A stretch of 64,000 nt of DNA from Pseudomonadota bacterium (GCA_027487515.1 JAIYDL010000020.1:90371-154370); one strand, 5' to 3'; shown: positions 1 through 10,043, numbered from the stretch's first letter. Notes: a model not told the origin generated them from the sequence alone. Translations and numbers: made by a program.

Positions 1-14
1 GCTTTGTTATCTTA

Positions 15-383
15 ATGTTCATAACTACGTCGGCCATCTCTCAGACAAGTCCACAGAGAAAGAATAAGATCTTCCAATGCGTCGCTCAGGCAGCAGGAAT
101 TGTCGAAACTAGATATTTTCGCGCCCAGGAGTGGACTGTTTTGAGTTCTGACTTTCAGACCACCAACAAAACCAGAATCGCTGCAATTTCCGACTTGAAG
201 GATCTATGTTTAAGTTCGAGCAATACGGATACCCTAAGAGTCAATGGGGTGAATGATGAGGTGATCGACTACATCGAATCTCATCGAGAGAGGATTTTAA
301 ATAATGTGAAAGTCTGTAACTACATCATCGCTAAAAAGCTCGAATGTGAAGAATCAGAAGAAACGGTCCAGGTTTGCGAATAA
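15..383 (+). CDS. hypothetical protein (122 aa as drawn; the frame is open to the window edge, so the 5' end may be missing)
   Basis: ORF in the AT-rich left segment with 5 Cys. A strong hairpin plus T-rich tract lies 47 nt downstream. Confidence 0.4.
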   Translation: MFITTSAISQTSPQRKNKIFQCVAQAAGIVETRYFRAQEWTVLSSDFQTTNKTRIAAISDLKDLCLSSSNTDTLRVNGVNDEVIDYIESHRERILNNVKVCNYIIAKKLECEESEETVQVCE

Positions 384-429
384 CTACTATGAGTTTGAAA
401 GAATCGTTTTTAGTAAGTTAAGTCTATAG

Positions 430-475
430 AAGTGGCGTACTCAGATTTGTACGCCACTTTAGTGTTTGTTTTGTG
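430..475 (+). terminator. Rho-independent terminator candidate
   Basis: Stem aagtggcgtac (430-440), loop tcagattt, stem gtacgccactt (449-459), followed by tagtgtttgttttgtg. Confidence 0.5.
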
Positions 476-710
476 TAATCTAGTCGAAAGTTATACCTGC
501 TAAGTCTTTAAAAGAGATTTCATTCTACGGCCTGAGGTTTGTAAGAATTTAGGCTGAAAATTCAGGTCCCCCTCAAACAGCAACCCCAAGACCTACCCTT
601 ATGGGGACAGACCTTAATAAACTCATTTGAATAGAAAACCCTAGTTGAAGTCATTAAGCATAGTAAGGCTTCATCCTGAAGAACCTCTGCACCATTATGT
701 TGTGTCCTTT

Positions 711-1031
711 TTACTGTTGGGATGCAGCCCAGTGTTCAACTCTCGTCACAACACAGTCTGCGGAATTGCCGATCTGACGAGCGTACACAGAATAGGTCTC
801 AATCGCACGCTTCACCGAAAGAGTGACAAGGTCATACCCAGAGTTATTTGACATCGCTTCGGACCAACCACCGCCCTCGTACTTAACGAGTTTCACGTTG
901 CTGACTGAAGTCTTGAGTACAGCAGCGTGCTTGATCTTGGCAGCGGCGATCTGCTTCCGCGCGCGGGGAGAATTCTGAGCGAAGGCGGACGAGGTACCTA
1001 AAGCAACTAAGGCGACAAGAATCAGTTTCAT
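711..1031 (-). CDS. small secreted protein, function unknown (106 aa)
   Basis: N-terminal signal peptide MKLILVALVALGTSSAFAQ. GGAG lies 4 nt upstream of the ATG. Confidence 0.6.
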   Translation of the reverse strand: MKLILVALVALGTSSAFAQNSPRARKQIAAAKIKHAAVLKTSVSNVKLVKYEGGGWSEAMSNNSGYDLVTLSVKRAIETYSVYARQIGNSADCVVTRVEHWAASQQ

Positions 1032-1593
1032 GGTGTCTCCGATATGAAGGATGAAAATTTCCTTGGAAGTAGCACTAGAGCTGGGTCCATGTCAGGAAAT
1101 GAAGGCACGCTGATACTTTTTCCAATGCTCGGTTCGTAAGAGATGGGACGAAGGCCTGTAGTCACTTCACTGTAAGTATCAATCTCGCCTTTAGGAGAGT
1201 CTGTAAAAGAGGAGATAAAAAGAATCTGGATTCTCAGGAACCATTTTCCGAATTTTGTGGGATGGGCAATTGTTAAGATTACGTATCCAGACCAAAGCGG
1301 TCCCTCATTCGTTTTTCGAAGAATCATCGATGTTTCAAAAGGTCACGGGACCAACCTTAATCTTTAATAAAATAACCAATCACTCCAGAGGCACGGATTT
1401 CAAGGCTGTTCGAAAAAAAATTAAAACATTTTTTTTACCCAACCTATAATGACCGCAATCAAACTCAGCAGCATAACTTTGAACATTCCTCGATGAAGTT
1501 CTTCGGTTAAATTTTTGAACTTTGATCAAATCCCTAAACGAGCAAAGAACTTCCTCATAAAAGACTTATGAGAAAAGAAACTAAGGAGATGTT

Positions 1594-3627
1594 TTGAAAA
1601 AATGGTTATTGTTCCTGAGCTTAATCTTGTCATTCTTGTCAACCCAAAGAGCCGATGCGGGGACCATTCCTCAATCCACGGTCATCAATGCGGGCACCTG
1701 CCACAGCGTCTCAGGTATGTCTGGCTATCGACTTTGTCTCTGGACGGATGGAGAGTTCGCTCTTCTAAATCCCGGAAACTATCCGGTCTGGTCTACGAAG
1801 CATAACCCGAAGTTAACGAATTACAATGTCCCAGGATATAATGGGAATACGTATGACTGGCCCAACGGCTGCGCGAGTTGCTACGCCACCTTCCAAACGG
1901 ACGGGAATCTCGTTGTCTACAATCCAGGCTACAATGGCACATCAGGAAACGCTTACTGGAGAAGTGCCACCCAAGGTTACCCGAATGCCCAGCTCGTGGT
2001 GAGTGCGACGGAACCGTATCTTAAGATTATGAACGGGTCGACAGTCCTTTGGTCACCGACAGCTGAAGGACCCTACTCGTACGGCGTGACCCTTCCGGAG
2101 AACAATGCTGTTGCATGGGATCAGGTGCCATGGCTCGATACTGCTCCCTTTAACACAAGGGATATTTTCGTTGGGCGAAAATACTTCAGCGGAACCGAGG
2201 GCCCCTTCAAACTCATCGTCGCAAGGATGAATTGGGAGACCAATACTCTCTCCACTATCAATGATGACTTATATAACTTCGCACAGAATTCAGACATCTT
2301 TTCTGGTGACCCAAATCGAACGATCAGACTCACGTCTGCGATGGATCCGACGCTGTTTCACGCCTACGGTGAACTCTGGGTTGCATTTGAATGTAGTGAT
2401 GTGAATCCAGCGAACAATACCTCAACCATTGGGAACGCTAGCTGCATCGGACCAGTCATCACAAAGACCAGACTAAATGAAAACTCTCCATGGACTCAGA
2501 TACCACCTGAGGACTGGAAAATCGATCACGCACGCACGACGGTTGTGGTAGAAGGAAATGCAATCGGAACTAATACGTACTCGGCTTCTGTTCCTAAAAT
2601 TTTCTTCTGGCATGGCTTCCCTTACCTCTACTACTCCTCAATCAAAGTCGATGGCTCTCCCGATCTCCATACCCTGAGCACGTACGGCATCATCATGCGG
2701 AAAACGGGCACTACCGGAAACGGTGTCTTCTGGGAGTTTAACAGTAATGGGCCTGTGGATGCGAGGGGTCCTCAAAGTACTGAGGTCTGGAGACGCGATC
2801 TGAACGATCCTCTCTCGAATCAGTTTGCTGACGGTTTTGGAGTTTACACCGATGGCCCAGCAGGTGCAGAAACGAACATCTACATGACAGGAGCCCTTGG
2901 CGGATCTTCCAGCCTAAGCTGTATCAAAGATCCCGCAGGTGGTGGTCTCAATGATGCTAGCCCAGGCTGCTACCGTCAGACAATCGCTCGTGCCTTTGAG
3001 AACCAACCTCTCCGGATAATCGGATTCAACTACGAGCGGGTAGCTGACAAAGACTTACGCATGCCATCTAACCTCTCTCAGTACGTTCGTCGCTTTATCC
3101 ATGCCAATGGCGAGCAGATGCTTTGGGGCGCCTACAAAGGCCCGAACAATGCCAACCCATTCAATAAATGGAAACATCACTCCAAAAATGAAGAACTATT
3201 CCTCTCGCAGATGATCGTCGTTCCAGCGAACCTCTCGCACTTAAACTACCAGCAAACATTCAAAGTCTTTTACGGTGAGCAGCTCGCGCTAACGCCAGGA
3301 CAGAGGATTGAGTTGCCGAATGGATTCCTCCTCTACCAAGACGACGGAAACTTAGTCCTCTACAACTCCTACTCGATGCCTCTCTGGGCTTCCGGAACTG
3401 GTCAAGCTGGTAGATGCGTGAATCATTCTTGTCTTGCGAGATACCAGGGTGATGGAAACTTCGTGCTCTACCGCGACGGTCAAGATTACTACGCAACGGC
3501 CACTAACGGCAGCAATCACCTCGTAGTAGGAATCCTACCTTACTTCTTCCACATGGGTTTCCAAAACAGTGCGTGGCAATGGACCTGGGGCCAGTGCGGC
3601 ATCGGTCCTTACCAGTGTAACTTCTAA
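1594..3627 (+). CDS. secreted protein with N- and C-terminal bulb-type (B-lectin / monocot mannose-binding) lectin modules and a central region of about 400 aa of unknown function
   Basis: TTG start 6 nt after AAGGAG. Signal peptide MKKWLLFLSLILSFLSTQRADA. Three exact QxDxNxVxY motifs: QTDGNLVVY (1894-1920), QDDGNLVLY (3337-3363), QGDGNFVLY (3445-3471). Confidence 0.8.
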   Translation: MKKWLLFLSLILSFLSTQRADAGTIPQSTVINAGTCHSVSGMSGYRLCLWTDGEFALLNPGNYPVWSTKHNPKLTNYNVPGYNGNTYDWPNGCASCYATFQTDGNLVVYNPGYNGTSGNAYWRSATQGYPNAQLVVSATEPYLKIMNGSTVLWSPTAEGPYSYGVTLPENNAVAWDQVPWLDTAPFNTRDIFVGRKYFSGTEGPFKLIVARMNWETNTLSTINDDLYNFAQNSDIFSGDPNRTIRLTSAMDPTLFHAYGELWVAFECSDVNPANNTSTIGNASCIGPVITKTRLNENSPWTQIPPEDWKIDHARTTVVVEGNAIGTNTYSASVPKIFFWHGFPYLYYSSIKVDGSPDLHTLSTYGIIMRKTGTTGNGVFWEFNSNGPVDARGPQSTEVWRRDLNDPLSNQFADGFGVYTDGPAGAETNIYMTGALGGSSSLSCIKDPAGGGLNDASPGCYRQTIARAFENQPLRIIGFNYERVADKDLRMPSNLSQYVRRFIHANGEQMLWGAYKGPNNANPFNKWKHHSKNEELFLSQMIVVPANLSHLNYQQTFKVFYGEQLALTPGQRIELPNGFLLYQDDGNLVLYNSYSMPLWASGTGQAGRCVNHSCLARYQGDGNFVLYRDGQDYYATATNGSNHLVVGILPYFFHMGFQNSAWQWTWGQCGIGPYQCNF

Positions 3628-3633
3628 TTTCCC

Positions 3634-3664
3634 AGCAGGTCATCTGAACCATAGATGACCTGCT
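3634..3664. terminator. perfect 12-bp hairpin between convergent genes, with a second imperfect hairpin at about 3671-3703
   Basis: agcaggtcatct / gaaccat / agatgacctgct. Confidence 0.5.
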
Positions 3665-3715
3665 CTCAGGTTCGCAGGAGGTGGAGCCTCCGCCTTCTGC
3701 GAATCTCTCCACCAA

Positions 3716-4177
3716 CTACACCAAGCCTAACTTCCGCTTGAGTGCTTGAATCACCCGATCCAACGATCCCAGAAACGCCGAACGATCTTTTTTCTCAAAC
3801 GGCGCCGGCCCCCCTTTGGCCTCACCGAGTTCACGCAAATGCTTCATGAGCTCCCTCGTGGCCAGGGCGTCTCCGATCATGTCTTCGGTGAACTCCTCCC
3901 CTCTGACGTTGAGGACCCGGGCCATCTTTTTCAAGCACCGGTCCGCGAGGGGAATGTCGGCGGTGATGCAGATGTCATGGTCCTGGATGTTTTCCGCGAT
4001 CCAGTTGTCGGCTTCGTCGGCCCCCTGAGGAACGACCTTCATTTGAAACAGCGGGTTGGGCGGAATCGTGAGTGCCTTGTTTGCCACGAGGACGACGGGG
4101 ATCTGATACCGCAGGGCCACTTTGTAGGTTTCTTCTTTAACCGGGCAGCCGTCGCCGTCGATGTAGATCGTGATCAT
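3716..4177 (-). CDS. YaiI/YqxD family protein (DUF188)
   Basis: N-terminus MITIYIDGDGCPVKEE and a length of 153 aa are typical of the UPF0178 family. Confidence 0.75.
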   Translation of the reverse strand: MITIYIDGDGCPVKEETYKVALRYQIPVVLVANKALTIPPNPLFQMKVVPQGADEADNWIAENIQDHDICITADIPLADRCLKKMARVLNVRGEEFTEDMIGDALATRELMKHLRELGEAKGGPAPFEKKDRSAFLGSLDRVIQALKRKLGLV

Positions 4178-4283
4178 AGAACTATTTTCTCTATCCCAGG
4201 GTGGATGGGCCAGAGATTAAATCGGGCGACTCCCTAGGGCCTCCTGCTTGCGGCATTTGGAAAAAATGGGTACGCTCTGGCCC

Positions 4284-4817
4284 ATGACTAAAAGCCGAAG
4301 CATCCGCTTAGCAACCTCCGAAGACGCCCCCATTCTCGCGGCAGCGGAAAGAGAGATTGCCCTGATTCCAGGCAGACTTGCGTCGAGACCTGAAGAACTT
4401 AAAGACGACGTTTTTCGGGACAAGATCATCGCCCTCTCTCAGAGCGATTCCGGAACCTACCTCGTGCTCGAAGAGGACTCCGAGGTCGTGGGCCACGGGA
4501 TCCTCGATCCTCTGAAGCTCGCGGTCACTGCACATGTGGTCGTACTGACCCTCGCCATCCACGAAGGGCACCAAGGAAAGGGCCATGGCCAATTCCTCAT
4601 GGAGCACCTCATCGCTTGGGCCCGGGCGAATGCGAGAGTTGAAAAAATCGAACTCCAGGTCAGGTCCTCGAACTTTAAGGCGATTGAGCTCTACAGGAAA
4701 TTGGGCTTTGCCGAAGAGGGCCGGAAGCTCAAACGCCTCAAGTACGGTCCGGATCAGTACCTTGACGACGTCTACATGGGTCTCTGGGTCGGGCCTTCCA
4801 GTCAAGCTTTACCGTGA
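4284..4817 (+). CDS. GNAT family N-acetyltransferase
   Basis: IRLATSEDAP start and acetyl-CoA motif HQGKGHGQFLMEHLIAWAR. I chose the internal ATG at 4284; the ORF track starts at 4248. Confidence 0.75.
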   Translation: MTKSRSIRLATSEDAPILAAAEREIALIPGRLASRPEELKDDVFRDKIIALSQSDSGTYLVLEEDSEVVGHGILDPLKLAVTAHVVVLTLAIHEGHQGKGHGQFLMEHLIAWARANARVEKIELQVRSSNFKAIELYRKLGFAEEGRKLKRLKYGPDQYLDDVYMGLWVGPSSQALP

Positions 4818-4851
4818 GAGAGCCGATACCTCTAAGAGGAGTTTCTTAGGT

Positions 4852-5610
4852 ATGAGGAAGTACTGTCTTTTAGGCCTCTATTTGGGATTCGTAAGCTGCG
4901 CTTCCGGGCCTACGGGCCTCCGTGTCCCGGCTTCCCAGGAGGCCTATCAAGCCCAGACCCCTCTGAGCCAAAGTGGTAAGCTTCCGGAGCAGAAAAGAAA
5001 GTTTCAGATCACCCGGAGCACGTGCCGCTGCCTTCCCGCGACTCGCCGAGAGGATGCACCCGTGCTCTCTCGAGTGGAAACCTTCTCCGTAAGAGCTGGG
5101 CGCCCCTTCCAAGAAGACTTCGACGTCGATCTGAATGTCCTCTCCGCGCTTCGCCGAGCTCACAGCAACAGCTCACTTGTGCTTTCGGATTACGAGAAGG
5201 TCCTGGGGGAGAACAACCTGATCCTAAATCGCAGATCCTTCGTGATCTTCGCGACGAAGATATCAAAGACCGATTCCCGGCCTTACCGGTGCAAATTCGA
5301 GGCAGAAATTGGTCAAATCTCTCAGGCACTCAGAGTCACGGACGCTCAGGGAGAGGTCCATTATTTGAGCTCCCGAGATGAGCCCGCCGTGAGTGGCCTC
5401 GGGAAACTGACTGTCGCCTTCGGCGTCCAGGCCTTCGAGGGCCATGAACTTTTCCTGCAAGAAGACACTGTCGTCGAGGCCGAAAACCACAGACCCAGCC
5501 AGTGGCGCTACGTCTTCGATTTCAACATGACGGCCGCTGTCCAGAACGGAGGACACAGCTGCCATCTTGAAAATCACGACACGGTCCTTCTCCCCGATTC
5601 CAACAGCTAA
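4852..5610 (+). CDS. lipoprotein, function unknown
   Basis: MRKYCLLGLYLGFVSCASG resembles a lipoprotein signal. The ORF-track start at 4585 overlaps the GNAT gene and that stretch looks non-coding. Confidence 0.6.
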   Translation: MRKYCLLGLYLGFVSCASGPTGLRVPASQEAYQAQTPLSQSGKLPEQKRKFQITRSTCRCLPATRREDAPVLSRVETFSVRAGRPFQEDFDVDLNVLSALRRAHSNSSLVLSDYEKVLGENNLILNRRSFVIFATKISKTDSRPYRCKFEAEIGQISQALRVTDAQGEVHYLSSRDEPAVSGLGKLTVAFGVQAFEGHELFLQEDTVVEAENHRPSQWRYVFDFNMTAAVQNGGHSCHLENHDTVLLPDSNS

Positions 5611-5729
5611 GCGCTCGATTCCCGACTCCTCCGGTCAAAAATCTTCGAGCTGTTTAATCCTTTGTTTAACTCCCGAAAGGGACTTCTGAGGTATAATGAA
5701 TCCATGTCAGTGTTAAGCCGAGACTGCGC

Positions 5730-6920
5730 TTGAAAAGAAGAGACTTCCTCCTCAGTAGCTTCCTGAGTACCCTCGCACTGTCCTTTCCCCGGACAGGTCT
5801 CACCTCTAGTCCTCCGCAGACCGGGCCAAGGTTCCAGAAGAATGATCACCAGCGCTTCCTGGAACTCCTGAAGCGCTCGCAAGGCAAGTTCTCCCATCTG
5901 TCGATGACCGGGGTCGACCCTACGATACGATTCATCCACGAGCGCCAGAACGGAGACTGGGGTGCGCAGAATCCCGGGATCGCGTTTTTTAATGATTCCA
6001 TGGAGTCCGCTGTCGTTGACGTTCCGATCTTCGCCCACTCGGTGGAGCAGAATCCGAACCTGCAAAACCGGATCATGCTCATTCCTCGCCGGGGGAAAAA
6101 GTGCATCGAATACGACGTCGTGGCCAATGAGGTCACCGCAGAGCTCGACCTCGGGAAGAATAGTTTCTACGGCCACGGCTGCTACGTCCCCGGCACGACG
6201 CTCTTCTACGCGGCCTCCTTCCTCTACCAAAACAACAACGCCTCGATCGTCCTCTTCGATACAAAAACGGGGAAGATGCTGCGGGAATTGGTGATCCCAG
6301 GGGGAGCGGGAGCACACCAGTGCGCCCTTTCCTATGACCGCAAGTACGTCATCATGACTCTTTCGGAGAAAACGAAAACCCACGGCCCGTCTGTGCTCTG
6401 GTATGACATCAAGACCGAGCAGATCCATCGACGGGTCTACGGCATGCGCGAACACGCCGAGCATTTTTCGGACCTGAGCGACGGCTACCTAATCTACACC
6501 GGCGGAGTCCAGTCTCCGCATGTGGAAACCGTCATCGGGAGCATCGACCCCGAGAAGAATGTGGCAAACTTTTCGATGGGTGAGGATTTCCGGAAGCACT
6601 TCAGTGGCCTCTCCGTAAGTATCTGCGGCCTCGAAAACAAGGGCCTCTCCTTCATGACTAATCTCGTGGAGGCCTCGCTCTACATCTTTAACTACAAAAC
6701 CGGTCAGCTCGTGAAGAGAATCCAGACTCCGGCACCTCGGGGCCTCAGCCTAAGTAACGATGGGAAAATCATTTTCGTGACCTCACTCATGGAGCGGCAC
6801 GAAAAGCAATCCATGGTCAGAGCTTACTCTGTGGAGACGTACGAACAGATCGGTGAATTTCATATTCCTCAAACCATGGCCTACTCCAGTCACTCATCCC
6901 GATTCAGCCTCAGCTCCTAG
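5730..6920 (+). CDS. Tat-signal periplasmic protein, probably a beta-propeller (DUF1513-like guess)
   Basis: TTG start. Twin-arginine motif KRRDFLLSS. The FYGHG motif and repeated beta-strand-like segments support the fold guess. Confidence 0.55.
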   Translation: MKRRDFLLSSFLSTLALSFPRTGLTSSPPQTGPRFQKNDHQRFLELLKRSQGKFSHLSMTGVDPTIRFIHERQNGDWGAQNPGIAFFNDSMESAVVDVPIFAHSVEQNPNLQNRIMLIPRRGKKCIEYDVVANEVTAELDLGKNSFYGHGCYVPGTTLFYAASFLYQNNNASIVLFDTKTGKMLRELVIPGGAGAHQCALSYDRKYVIMTLSEKTKTHGPSVLWYDIKTEQIHRRVYGMREHAEHFSDLSDGYLIYTGGVQSPHVETVIGSIDPEKNVANFSMGEDFRKHFSGLSVSICGLENKGLSFMTNLVEASLYIFNYKTGQLVKRIQTPAPRGLSLSNDGKIIFVTSLMERHEKQSMVRAYSVETYEQIGEFHIPQTMAYSSHSSRFSLSS

Positions 6921-7013
6921 GTTCTCTCGCTTTCGGCAAAGCCTACCTATCTGCTTGGATTAAACAATCATTGTTACAATGAAACCGAACACGAGGGCTT
7001 CACCGGAGGAACC

Positions 7014-8135
7014 ATGAAAACAGCAATCCGCTTCTTCACTCTAACCGTCGCGGCATTCGCCGCTGGTGCACGGGCCCAGGACGTCGACTATTCACGCTGC
7101 AACCTCGCAGCAAACCTGACACTGGCCCCGTTGAATCCCCAAGGCCAGATCACACTAGGCCCAGGTCAGCGGATCAAGACCAAAACCACTGAGGGCCGCC
7201 GCGAGAGCTACGTCATCGAATACACCCAAATGGGGAATAAGCAAACCTTCGAGCTGGTGCTCACTCGCGATGAACAGAATCGAGTCGTTCGAGTGCAAAC
7301 CGGAGGCAACCGGGTCGACCGGCAGACACTGGATCAGATCCGCCATTTCCACGTGCAGATGCAGATGAACTCCATCGCAGCGGTGGGAGGAGCGAGGCCG
7401 GGCCCCAACGGATCCCCGAACATGGAGCCGGTCTTCACTGTGACCGACGAACTCGGGCAGCAGCATAACCGCTCGCTCTCTCAGCTCTCTCCCATCGAGC
7501 GCACCCAGCTGGGGATGAGCAATGAGCTCTACCGCGATCTCCAACAGACACAACGGCGCGATCAGCGAACCGTCACTCGGATCGAGCGCGGCCTGCGCGA
7601 TCTTCACAAGAACACGAACATGACCTTACCCCTGGGAGTCCAGGCGGAGTTCGAAGTCCGAGACGGGATCTGCTCTCCCGTCTCCGTGGACCGTCGAAAC
7701 TTCCTAAGCCGCGACGGTTCCATTCAGAATGTTCCGGCCTTTAACCGCGACGCCTGCGAAGAGATCCAGCGGTTGTACACAAAGCACAGCGAAAGTATTT
7801 CCCGCTGCCAGACCAGTGAGATGGAACTCAGTCGAGACGTGGTCCAAAACTCCGCTCGGCTTCGGACCATGATCAACATTCCCAATGCCACCGGTGCGGG
7901 CATGGTTGGGGGTGTTGGTGGAGGGATGGCGGGCGGCGGCGGCCTCGGTGGCGGTGCTGCGAGAGCTTCAAACGGAGGAATGAACCCCTACGCCATGGGC
8001 CCAGGCCCTGCGACTCTGGCGCAGCAGATCTCCATGTTCCAAGAATTTTGTCAGGTGCTGATGAACCCGAATCCTCCACGGGTCAACACTTCTGGAGACG
8101 GGGAATCCACGACACAGACAAGCACGCCTCAGTAA
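7014..8135 (+). CDS. secreted protein, function unknown, with a Gly-rich C-terminal region
   Basis: Signal peptide MKTAIRFFTLTVAAFAAGARAQ. Poly-Gly tract GGVGGGMAGGGGLGGG. Confidence 0.65.
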   Translation: MKTAIRFFTLTVAAFAAGARAQDVDYSRCNLAANLTLAPLNPQGQITLGPGQRIKTKTTEGRRESYVIEYTQMGNKQTFELVLTRDEQNRVVRVQTGGNRVDRQTLDQIRHFHVQMQMNSIAAVGGARPGPNGSPNMEPVFTVTDELGQQHNRSLSQLSPIERTQLGMSNELYRDLQQTQRRDQRTVTRIERGLRDLHKNTNMTLPLGVQAEFEVRDGICSPVSVDRRNFLSRDGSIQNVPAFNRDACEEIQRLYTKHSESISRCQTSEMELSRDVVQNSARLRTMINIPNATGAGMVGGVGGGMAGGGGLGGGAARASNGGMNPYAMGPGPATLAQQISMFQEFCQVLMNPNPPRVNTSGDGESTTQTSTPQ

Positions 8136-8152
8136 CTCTCTGTTGATGCACC

Positions 8153-8189
8153 CAAGGGGCGAAAGGAGATGAGACTCCTCCGCCCCTTG
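8153..8189. terminator. long hairpin between convergent genes (no clear U-tract)
   Basis: caaggggcg ... cgccccttg with an inner aggag/ctcct stem. Confidence 0.4.
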
Positions 8190-8204
8190 AGCGCAACTCA
8201 AAGC

Positions 8205-9938
8205 TTAAAACTTCGCACTCAATTCTTTCTTCTTCTCCAGATCCACGTCGAGGTACTGATAGAGATGCTGGAAGTACTCCGTGTACCCGAAGTTCTTCAC
8301 CCACCCCTGAGAAAGGTACTGCCGCGTGCGATGGACACCGAAGATCCAGGGAACATCCAGCGCCGCCATCCGGTTAAGCTCCTGGTAGCTCTTAGTCCGC
8401 TCCGGTGAATCCTGGAGCACCGAGGCCTTGAGGAAAAGTTCGTCGAACTGAGGGTTACAGTAATTGGCCCCGTTCGATCCTGGCGCCTGGTTCGGGCAAT
8501 GGAGGATGGCCAGGAAATTCTCTGCGTCGGGGTAATCCCCGTGCCAGGCCATGGTATAAATCTGGTACTGCCGCTTGGAGACTTTGTTGACGAGCTCGGG
8601 CCAGGTGTTCGCTCCGATCTTGATCCTGATCCCGATGTCCGCCATGCTCTTGGTGAAAAACTCGAGCATCTGCCGGGAGTCGGTGTTGTTCGTCGTTTGC
8701 ACCGTAATCTCCGGGAGACCTTTCCCACCGGGGTACCCGGCTTCCTTCAGGAGTTCTTTCGCCTTAGCGACGTCGTACTCCACGTAGGGATTCTTGAACG
8801 TCGGATCGTACCCACCAAGGCCTGGAGGGATGGGTCCCTGAGCGGTGAGGGCCGTGCTGTTGTAAAAGAGAGCATTGGACCTAACCCGATCGTAGCCAAG
8901 GGACATCGCCTGGCGGAGCTTAAGATTTTTTTTGAACAGCGGATCGTCGTGGTTAAAGGCGTAGAAGGTCACATCGAGCATCGGCTCGGCGGCGTAGTTC
9001 ACGCCTTTTTGTTTCATCTCTTCCGTGAGGGTGAGGTCCTTGGTCAGCGCTTGCTCGAAGTTATCTTTCGGAAGCTCCAGGACGTCGACCTTCGCCTTGT
9101 TGAAGTTCAACCACCGCGGCTGAGCCTCGGGGAGAACGTGCACGACGATCCGGTCGACAAACGGAACCCGCTGCTTGGCCAGAGCGGGATCTTCCGATGG
9201 GAAGTACTTCTCCCGGTAGTTCGGATTCCGGTTATAAACGATGGTGTTGGACTGAGTGAACTCGGGGAGCACGAAGGGCCCAGTACCCACCGGGTGGTTG
9301 AGGAACTGGTCCTTATAAAAATCTACCGCCTCTTTCGCGACGGCGACGGTGAATGTCATCGCGAGTGAGTACATGAGCTGCGGGTAAGGCCGGAGGAGCT
9401 TGAGCTGCAGAGTGTAGTCATCGAGGGCCTTGATGCCCTCGACTGCAGCCGCGTAATCCGCGGCTCCGCTGGCGGAGGCCTGCTGGCGCCACTGTTCAAC
9501 GCCGGCGAGCTTCCCATCGAAGAGCCACCAGCCCTTGGACATGACCTTCGGATCAGCCAGGCGCTTTAAAGAGTAGACGAAATCCGAGGCCTTGAGCTCT
9601 CGGCCCTTTCCTCCAGGGAAGCACTTGTCGTCGTGAAAGAAGACTCCTTTCCGGATGCGGAACGTGTAGGTCAACTGGTCTGCGCTCACCTCCGGCAGCG
9701 CCTCTGCCAGAGCGGGCACGAGTTCATACGGACGCTTGGTCGGATGGTACTCGTAGAGGCCCTCGAAGACCTTCCCCATCTCATGGGATTGATAAATGTC
9801 ACCGGCCAAGGCCGGATCGAAGCCCGCGACCTTCGCGGCCGAGATGAGATTGAGTTCTTTGAGCTTGTCGTCTTTCTGGCGGGTACAAGAGATGACACCA
9901 GCGAGCACGAGGGCGAGCGTGAGATGTGAAAGCTTCAT
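8205..9938 (-). CDS. ABC transporter substrate-binding lipoprotein, family 5 (peptide/nickel, OppA/DppA-like)
   Basis: Lipobox LAGVISC, a length of 577 aa, and family-5 SBP sequence character throughout (by eye). Confidence 0.8.
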   Translation of the reverse strand: MKLSHLTLALVLAGVISCTRQKDDKLKELNLISAAKVAGFDPALAGDIYQSHEMGKVFEGLYEYHPTKRPYELVPALAEALPEVSADQLTYTFRIRKGVFFHDDKCFPGGKGRELKASDFVYSLKRLADPKVMSKGWWLFDGKLAGVEQWRQQASASGAADYAAAVEGIKALDDYTLQLKLLRPYPQLMYSLAMTFTVAVAKEAVDFYKDQFLNHPVGTGPFVLPEFTQSNTIVYNRNPNYREKYFPSEDPALAKQRVPFVDRIVVHVLPEAQPRWLNFNKAKVDVLELPKDNFEQALTKDLTLTEEMKQKGVNYAAEPMLDVTFYAFNHDDPLFKKNLKLRQAMSLGYDRVRSNALFYNSTALTAQGPIPPGLGGYDPTFKNPYVEYDVAKAKELLKEAGYPGGKGLPEITVQTTNNTDSRQMLEFFTKSMADIGIRIKIGANTWPELVNKVSKRQYQIYTMAWHGDYPDAENFLAILHCPNQAPGSNGANYCNPQFDELFLKASVLQDSPERTKSYQELNRMAALDVPWIFGVHRTRQYLSQGWVKNFGYTEYFQHLYQYLDVDLEKKKELSAKF

Positions 9939-10043
9939 GGGTCTCCTTTATGTTAGCTCCTCCCATGGTAGAACAATGGGGCCTCTTTTGAAAGGAAGGC
10001 CTGCTTCAAAAAATGGGATCTTGGAGTGAGAAAAAAGGGAGTG

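Noticed and set aside
1028-1327. 99-aa minus-strand ORF whose stop overlaps the ATG of the 106-aa secreted protein (ATGA).
   Set aside because: It has no Shine-Dalgarno sequence upstream of its ATG and no signal peptide, TM helix or motif, and it lies in an AT-rich region where ORFs arise easily. I cannot support it. It is equally likely to be the promoter and leader of the 711-1031 gene.
4585-4851. ORF-track N-terminal extension of the lipoprotein gene (start at 4585).
   Set aside because: It overlaps the GNAT gene in another frame and its sequence is low-complexity. The ATG at 4852 gives a clean lipoprotein signal.
5607-6464. Long antisense ORFs opposite confident genes: for example 5607-6464(-), 8499-9368(+), 18068-18712(+), 19507-19992(+), 21387-22043(+), 35850-36548(+), 38698-39420(-), 52484-53101(+), 53615-54190(+), 54488-55084(-), 58840-59499(+).
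   Set aside because: They lie entirely within, and opposite to, genes with clear family signatures. Their products are Arg/Gly/Pro-rich with no motifs, as expected for shadow ORFs in GC-rich coding DNA.
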